The notes under the pieces were generated by a model. It did not search any database and was not told the origin of the DNA. It saw only the letters and a program-made list of their open reading frames with translations. A stretch of DNA of 64,000 nucleotides from Macrostomum lignano (taxonomy: Eukaryota): assembly GCA_002269645.1 (NCBI GenBank), contig NIVC01000931.1, positions 62,001 to 126,000 on the forward strand, given 5' to 3'. The position numbers and the translations under genes are program-made. This document shows positions 56,808 to 64,000 of the stretch, in pieces; positions within the stretch are counted from its first letter, which is position 1; every line of letters begins with the position of its first letter.

Positions 56808-59800
56808 TCAGTCACACGACAGCCGGGCCCTGCCGGTCCCAGCTGACGCCGCTAGACGAAGCGGCTGCAACGCTGGCGTGGCAGTTTTTGGCAACGAACG
56901 CAGCAGCTCCGCATCCATCGCCATCGTCCCCGTCGTTGCCGATCTCGTCTGCGCCGCCACCGCCGACGCCACAGCAGTTCTTGGATCGACGCTGCCGCCG
57001 CTTCTGCGTCCGTTTGGATCGATTGACTCGCCCATCGGCGACCTCAAGCTGCGGCTGACGGCTGTCCATGGCGACCACGTCGCGACTATAGCTGTGGATG
57101 AAGGACTCGTCCTGACCTTCATCGCCCAGCAGCAGCAGCCGCCGCCTCCGCCTCCATTCACGCCACCGCTGATTCCAACTCTGGTCAAGCCGACTGGCTC
57201 CGACATCTCAACCAGCAGCTCTCGATGGGTCCGCTCCATCTCGATGCTCATCCTGGCAAGAAACTCGGGCAAGTTGTCCGCCTCGGCCTGCGGCTGCGGC
57301 TTGGTCTTCATGTCGGGCAGCTTGAAGTCGAATGGGAACATCATCTCATCGGCTGAGGCTGAGCGACGGGATATCTGGCGTGATATTCGGGCTATTCATT
57401 CATGATAACGCAATGCTAACGCGATGCTAACGCGATGCTAACGCGATGCTAACGCGATGCTAACGCGATGCTAACGCGATGCTAACGCGATGCTAACGCG
57501 ATGCTAACGCGATGCTAACGCGATGCTAACGCGATGCTAACGCGATGCTAACGCGATGCTAACGCGATGCTAACGCGATGCTAACGCGATGCTAACGCGA
57601 TGCTAACGCGATGCTAACGCGATGCTAACGCGATGCTAACGCGATGCTAACGCGATGCTAACGCGATGCTAACGCGATGCTAACGCGATGCTAACGCGAT
57701 GCTAACGCGATGCTAACGCGATGCTAACGCGATGCTAACGCGATGCTAACGCGATGCTAACGCGATGCTAACGCGATGCTAACGCGATGCTAACGCGATG
57801 CTAACGCGATGCTAACGCGATGCTAACGCGATGCTAACGCGATGCTAACGCGATGCTAACGCGATGCTAACGCGATGCTAACGCGATGCTAACGCGATGC
57901 TAACGCGATGCTAACGCGATGCTAACGCGATGCTAACGCGATGCTAACGCGATGCTAACGCGATGCTAACGCGATGCTAACGCGATGCTAACGCGATGCT
58001 AACGCGATGCTAACGCGATGCTAACGCGATGCTAACGCGATGCTAACGCGATGCTAACGCGATGCTAACGCGATGCTAACGCGATGCTAACAAGTTGCAT
58101 TGAATATTTAAAAAAAAGTCAATAAAATTTTAACAAAACCGACTCACCTCCAAGTTGTAGTCCAGAATCTCCGAGGTTTGAAAGTCTTCATCGTCATCGC
58201 CAAACGGGTTCATGACGCACATGGCGACCTTGAGCCAGCCCATGAGGAACAGGAACTGAAAGATGGTGAAAATTGGCACGAAAAAGTCGATTGTGGAGTC
58301 CGGCTTAGAACAGCCGCAGCTGCGATTCACGGCTCCCATGGCGGTCTCTTCAGTGAGCGGTGCTCGAATAAACTGTGCGGAGAACAGTTGCAGAAGAAAG
58401 TAGGAGTAGACCGCAATGATCACAACCTGAAATGCGCAACATAGTTTAGTCTGTGTAGTCTGTTGCGATCTGCTTAGCAAACACCTATATATCAGCTTTT
58501 TGCAAGGCTCATTCCACAAAGCACTTGTCGGGCAAGTTACAAGCGACAAGTGGCAAGCAAAATTGACAAATTACAAGCGCTCTTTCAGGATTTTCTACCA
58601 TAGACATGCTCTAAGATCAACGCCTGTGGTATTTACAACCATAGAAATAATAAATTCGAGTTATTTTTTCCACGAGTTCCCCAATGTTTATGAATGTAAG
58701 TTGAAATTTGAAAGTCCAGAAGTTGAGCTATTGGGAATCTGAACTGAAAACTCTCTAATCCCCAGTGGAGCGTTTTTTTGCAAAAAATACTAACTAAAGA
58801 AAAATTAAGTTGTTTATGAGTATGAATATAAAATAAATAGAAAAAAACATGAAGCACCTAGACGAGGCGAGGCATACGAGTTTCAAAACAACATCATAAA
58901 AACGTCTTGAATTTGTTTTTTTTGAGGCTGATTAATTACCAACTTTATCTAAGAAGGGTTTCGAATAGAAATTTTTCACTGAAAAACCATGATTTACAAG
59001 TCTTTCTAGACACATTCCAGTCTAGTGTTTTCCTGTATATAATTTTGTTACTTTATTTTTTAACTTGCTTCATTAATCTTGATTTTTTACTGTGTCTTTT
59101 TACTGTGTCTCTTTGATGACTCGTGTCGACAGACCGTTCTAAAAATAGCTCAGCATAGACATGTATGTACTTATAATCCCATAGACAAGCGTCTTCCAGA
59201 TCTAAAAATAGCTCTTCGATGACTCATGTAGAAAAATCGTTCTAAAAATAGCACAGGATAGACATCTACAATATATACGCGTGGAAAATTGACACAGCGG
59301 ATTTACGGGCTCGTAGCTAACTGATATTGATAAATATAATTGAATTTCCTACCTGCGTGTAAACCAGCGGAATCATGACGTCATTGTAAATCACTAAAGT
59401 GTGCATCTGGTTTCGCATTTTGTCCACCTGAAATTTTTGCGTACAATAATAAATATGTTTAAAATACTAGCTTGTAGATTTGTCATCAACATCCTGGATA
59501 CTTTGTGAATGCAAGATGGTACATTTTTCACAGCAATGGCCAGGGATGTCGCCACGGATTTTATGGTGGGGGGAGGGACATAGCCAAGAATTATACATGT
59601 ACATTATTTTCAGAATCTGTGTTGTCAGCGCCCATTTTGACTCTTGTTTTAGCGCCGCAGGCACTCATTTTAGCGCCGTAGGCACTCATTTTAGCGCTGC
59701 AGGCACTCATTTTAGCGCCGTGGGCACTCATTTTAGCGCTGCAGGCACTCATTTTAGCGCCGTGGGCACTCATTTTAGCGCCGTGGGCACTCATTTTAGC

Positions 59801-62800
59801 GCCGTGGGCACTCATTTTAGCGCCGTGGGCACTCATTTTAGTGCTGCAGGCACTCATTTTAGCGCCGTGGGCACTCATTTTAGCGCCGTGGGCACTCATT
59901 TTAGCGCCGCAGGCACTCATTGTAGCGCCGCGGGCACTCATTTTAGCGCTGCAGGCACTCATTTTAGCGCCGTGGGCACTCATTTTAGTGCTGCAGGCAC
60001 TCATTTTAGCGCCGTGGGCACTCATTTTAGCGCCGTGGGCACTCATTTTAGCGCCGTGGGCACTCATTTTAGCGCCGCAGGCACTCATTTTAGCGCCGTG
60101 GGCACTCATTTTAGCGCCGCAGGCACTCATTTTAGCGCCGTGGGCACTCATTTTAGCGCCGTGGGCACTCATTTTAGCGCCGCAGGCACTCATTTTAGCG
60201 CCGTGGGCACTCATTTTAGCGCCGTGGGCACTCATTTTAGCGCCGCAGGCACTCATTTTAGCGCCGCAGGCACTCATTTTAGCGCCGCAGGCACTCATTG
60301 TAGCGCCGCGGGCACTCATTTTAGCGCTGCAGGCACTCATTTTAGCGCCGTGGGCACTCATTTTAGCGCCGTGGGCACTCATTTTAGTGCAGCAGGCACT
60401 CATTTTAGCGCCGTGGGCACTCATTTTAGCGCCGTGGGCACTCATTTTAGCGCCGTGGGCACTCATTTTAGCGCCGCAGGCACTCATTTTAGCGCCGCAG
60501 GCACTCATTTTAGCGCCGTGGGCACTCATTTTAGCGCCGTGGGCACTCATTTTAGCGCCGTGGGCACTCATTTTAGCGCCGCAGGCACTCATTTTAGCGC
60601 CGTGGGCACTCATTTTAGCGCCGTGGGCACTCATTTTAGCGCCGTGGGCACTCATCTTAGCGCCGTGGGCACTCATCTTAGCGCCGTGGACACTCATTTT
60701 AGCGCCGTGGGCACTCATTTTAGTGCAGCAGGCACTCATTTTAGCGCCGTGGGCACTCATTTTAGCGCCGTGGGCACTCATTTTAGCGCCGTGGGCACTC
60801 ATTTTAGCGCCGTGGGCACTCATTTTAGCGCCGTGGGCACTCATTTTAGCGCCGTGGGCACTCATTTTAGCGCCGCAGGCACTCATTTTAGCGCCGCAGG
60901 CACTCATTTTAGCGCCGTGGGCACTCATTTTAGCGCCGCAGGCACTCATTTTAGCGCCGTGGGCACTCATTTTAGCGCCGTGGGCACTCATTTTAGCGCC
61001 GTGGGCACTCATTTTAGCGCTGCAGGCACTCATTTTAGCGCCGTGGGCACTCATTTTAGCGCCGTGGGCACTCATTTTAGCGCCGTGGGCACTCATTTTA
61101 GCGCCGTGGGCACTCATTTTAGCGCCGTGGGCACTCATTTTAGTGCTGCAGGCACTCATTTTAGCGCCGTGGGCACTCATTTTAGCGCCGTGGGCACTCA
61201 TTTTAGCGCCGCAGGCACTCATTGTAGCGCCGCGGGCACTCATTTTAGCGCTGCAGGCACTCATTTTAGCGCCGTGGGCACTCATTTTAGTGCTGCAGGC
61301 ACTCATTTTAGCGCCGTGGGCACTCATTTTAGCGCCGTGGGCACTCATTTTAGCGCCGTGGGCACTCATTTTAGCGCCGCAGGCACTCATTTTAGCGCCG
61401 TGGGCACTCATTTTAGCGCCGCAGGCACTCATTTTAGCGCCGTGGGCACTCATTTTAGCGCCGTGGGCACTCATTTTAGCGCCGCAGGCACTCATTTTAG
61501 CGCCGTGGGCACTCATTTTAGCGCCGTGGGCACTCATTTTAGCGCCGCAGGCACTCATTTTAGCGCCGCAGGCACTCATTTTAGCGCCGCAGGCACTCAT
61601 TGTAGCGCCGCGGGCACTCATTTTAGCGCTGCAGGCACTCATTTTAGCGCCGTGGGCACTCATTTTAGCGCCGTGGGCACTCATTTTAGTGCAGCAGGCA
61701 CTCATTTTAGCGCCGTGGGCACTCATTTTAGCGCCGTGGGCACTCATTTTAGCGCCGTGGGCACTCATTTTAGCGCCGCAGGCACTCATTTTAGCGCCGC
61801 AGGCACTCATTTTAGCGCCGTGGGCACTCATTTTAGCGCCGTGGGCACTCATTTTAGCGCCGTGGGCACTCATTTTAGCGCCGCAGGCACTCATTTTAGC
61901 GCCGTGGGCACTCATTTTAGCGCCGTGGGCACTCATTTTAGCGCCGTGGGCACTCATCTTAGCGCCGTGGGCACTCATCTTAGCGCCGTGGACACTCATT
62001 TTAGCGCCGTGGGCACTCATTTTAGTGCAGCAGGCACTCATTTTAGCGCCGTGGGCACTCATTTTAGCGCCGTGGGCACTCATTTTAGCGCCGTGGGCAC
62101 TCATTTTAGCGCCGTGGGCACTCATTTTAGCGCCGTGGGCACTCATTTTAGCGCCGTGGGCACTCATTTTAGCGCCGCAGGCACTCATTTTAGCGCCGCA
62201 GGCACTCATTTTAGCGCCGTGGGCACTCATTTTAGCGCCGCAGGCACTCATTTTAGCGCCGTGGGCACTCATTTTAGCGCCGTGGGCACTCATTTTAGCG
62301 CCGTGGGCACTCATTTTAGCGCCGCAGGCACTCATTTTAGCGCCGTGGGCACTCATTTTAGCGCCGTGGGCACTCATTTTAGCGCCGCAGGCACTCATTT
62401 TAGCGCCGTGGGCACTCATTTTAGCGCCGTGGGCACTCATTTTAGCGCCGCAGGCACTCATTTTAGCGCCGCAGGCACTCATTTTAGCGCCGCAGGCACT
62501 CATTGTAGCGCCGCGGGCACTCATTTTAGCGCTGCAGGCACTCATTTTAGCGCCGTGGGCACTCATTTTAGCGCCGTGGGCACTCATTTTAGTGCAGCAG
62601 GCACTCATTTTAGCGCCGTGGGCACTCATTTTAGCGCCGTGGGCACTCATTTTAGCGCCGTGGGCACTCATTTTAGCGCCGCAGGCACTCATTTTAGCGC
62701 CGCAGGCACTCATTTTAGCGCCGTGGGCACTCATTTTAGCGCCGTGGGCACTCATTTTAGCGCCGTGGGCACTCATTTTAGCGCCGCAGGCACTCATTTT

Positions 62801-63733
62801 AGCGCCGTGGGCACTCATTTTAGCGCCGTGGGCACTCATTTTAGCGCCGTGGGCACTCATCTTAGCGCCGTGGGCACTCATCTTAGCGCCGTGGACACTC
62901 ATTTTAGCGCCGTGGGCACTCATTTTAGTGCAGCAGGCACTCATTTTAGCGCCGTGGGCACTCATTTTAGCGCCGTGGGCACTCATTTTAGCGCCGTGGG
63001 CACTCATTTTAGCGCCGTGGGCACTCATTTTAGCGCCGTGGGCACTCATTTTAGCGCCGTGGGCACTCATTTTAGCGCCGCAGGCACTCATTTTAGCGCC
63101 GCAGGCACTCATTTTAGCGCCGTGGGCACTCATTTTAGCGCCGCAGGCACTCATTTTAGCGCCGTGGGCACTCATTTTAGCGCCGTGGGCACTCATTTTA
63201 GCGCCGTGTGCACTCATTTTAGCGCCGCAGGCACTCATTTTAGCGCCGCAGGCACTCATTGTAGCGCCGCGGGCACTCATTTTAGCGCTGCAGGCAGTCA
63301 TTTTGGCGCCCTGAAGCAAAATTATTGATTTCAATAACGGGCCACAAGGTTGGGTGGGGGTGGGGGGACAAAGCATTGGCATGTCCCCCATAGCTTTTAC
63401 TGGGGGGGGGGGCATGTCCCCCTGTCCATCCGGTGGGACGCCCCTGGCAATGGCCACGTCGAACTCGATGCAATTATAGGATCTGCAGCCAATGCTCACC
63501 TCATCCAGCAAGTACATCATGCTCCTTGGATCCGGGATGTAGCCGTGTAGGAAGGCCTTCTTGATAAGCCGCGACGCCCACACCAGCGGCACCCAGTACT
63601 CGCACTCGTACCTACGGCCGTACGTAGCCTTAAACTGGTCGGCCAGGCGCTGGAATGCTCCGATTTCAGAATTGGTGATCATCTTGGTGAAGTTTAGCCG
63701 CACCACCGGGTCAGAATTCAGGTTTTTCAGCAT
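56808..63733 (-). CDS. Bestrophin-family anion channel, 3' half (gene continues beyond the window)
   Basis: Exons about 63733-63500 (EYWVPLVWASRLIKKA; acceptor uncertain), 59427-59353 (VDKMRNQMHTLVIYNDVMIPLVYTQ), 58426-58148 (VVIIAVYSYF...GWLKVAMCVMNPFGDDDEDF...YNLE), 57374-56808 (ISRRSASADEM... low-complexity tail). IPLVYTQV and NPFGxDDxDF are bestrophin hallmarks. All junctions are phase 0. Confidence 0.9.
57412..58091. repeat. 11-bp perfect repeat GATGCTAACGC in a bestrophin intron
   Basis: Directly visible, about 61 units. Confidence 0.98.
59628..63310. repeat. 21-bp satellite GGCACTCATTTTAGCGCCGTG (about 175 units) with higher-order structure, in a bestrophin intron
   Basis: Directly visible; explains three ORFs longer than 1100 aa. 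Confidence 0.98.
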
Positions 63734-63975
63734 CTGATTTGGTGGAATGTGACGAAATTCTGGTTAATAAGCATCTGGTTTGGTGAAATGTGACGAAATT
63801 CTGGTTTATAAGCATCTGATTTGGTGGAATGTGACGAAATTCTGGTTGATAAGCATCTGATTTGGTGGAATGTGACGAAATTCTGGTTGATAAGCATCTG
63901 ATTTGGTGGAATGTGACGAAATTCTGGTTGATAAGCATCTGATTTGGTGGAATGTGACGAAATTCTGGTTGATAA
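63731..63975 (-). repeat. 41-bp repeat (about 6 copies) overlapping a predicted bestrophin splice acceptor
   Basis: Minus-strand unit CTTATCAACCAGAATTTCGTCACATTCCACCAAATCAG|ATG. Confidence 0.9.
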
Positions 63976-64000
63976 GTGTAGTTATCCGCTAGTTTGGTGT

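Noticed and set aside
59480-63733. Three ORFs of 1157-1380 aa (SAVGTHF, GAKMSAH and ALILAPW repeats)
   Set aside because: They are translations of a stop-free 21-bp satellite inside a bestrophin intron bounded by a donor at 63499 and an acceptor at 59428. Only 63733-63500 looks like real coding sequence.

Overview
Intron-rich, repeat-dense animal genomic DNA, not prokaryotic. GC-rich exons separated by introns full of private minisatellites suggest a flatworm such as Macrostomum; that assignment is an unverified inference. Genes reconstructed by hand from GT/GC-AG boundaries and reading-frame continuity: (1) ionotropic glutamate receptor-family paralog A (+, 5'-partial, 210-7133); (2) a secreted FGF-like ligand (-, about 14537-9574) that the ORF track does not show as a gene; (3) a 174-aa calmodulin-like EF-hand protein (+, 25026-32211); (4) an orphan GC-rich ORF (-, 34392-35006); (5) iGluR paralog B (-, 52886-44393, about 910 aa, convergent with A); (6) the 3' half of a bestrophin (-, 63733-56808). 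Mobile elements: a compact Ty3/Gypsy LTR retrotransposon with identical 194-bp LTRs, a 5'-truncated LINE, a tRNA-derived SINE family (3 copies), a CORE-like SINE and a 156-bp dispersed repeat. About 30 tandem arrays account for nearly all very long ORFs in the track. Main observations: (a) tandem arrays whose unit straddles a splice junction, giving a ladder of about 47 in-frame splice donors in the FGF-like gene and ladders of acceptors in both iGluRs and bestrophin; (b) patchwork near-identity between the inverted iGluR paralogs over the channel core, consistent with gene conversion; (c) a non-canonical agonist pocket in both iGluRs; (d) three retroelement classes each inserted inside a tandem array. 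All gene models are manual predictions without expression data.
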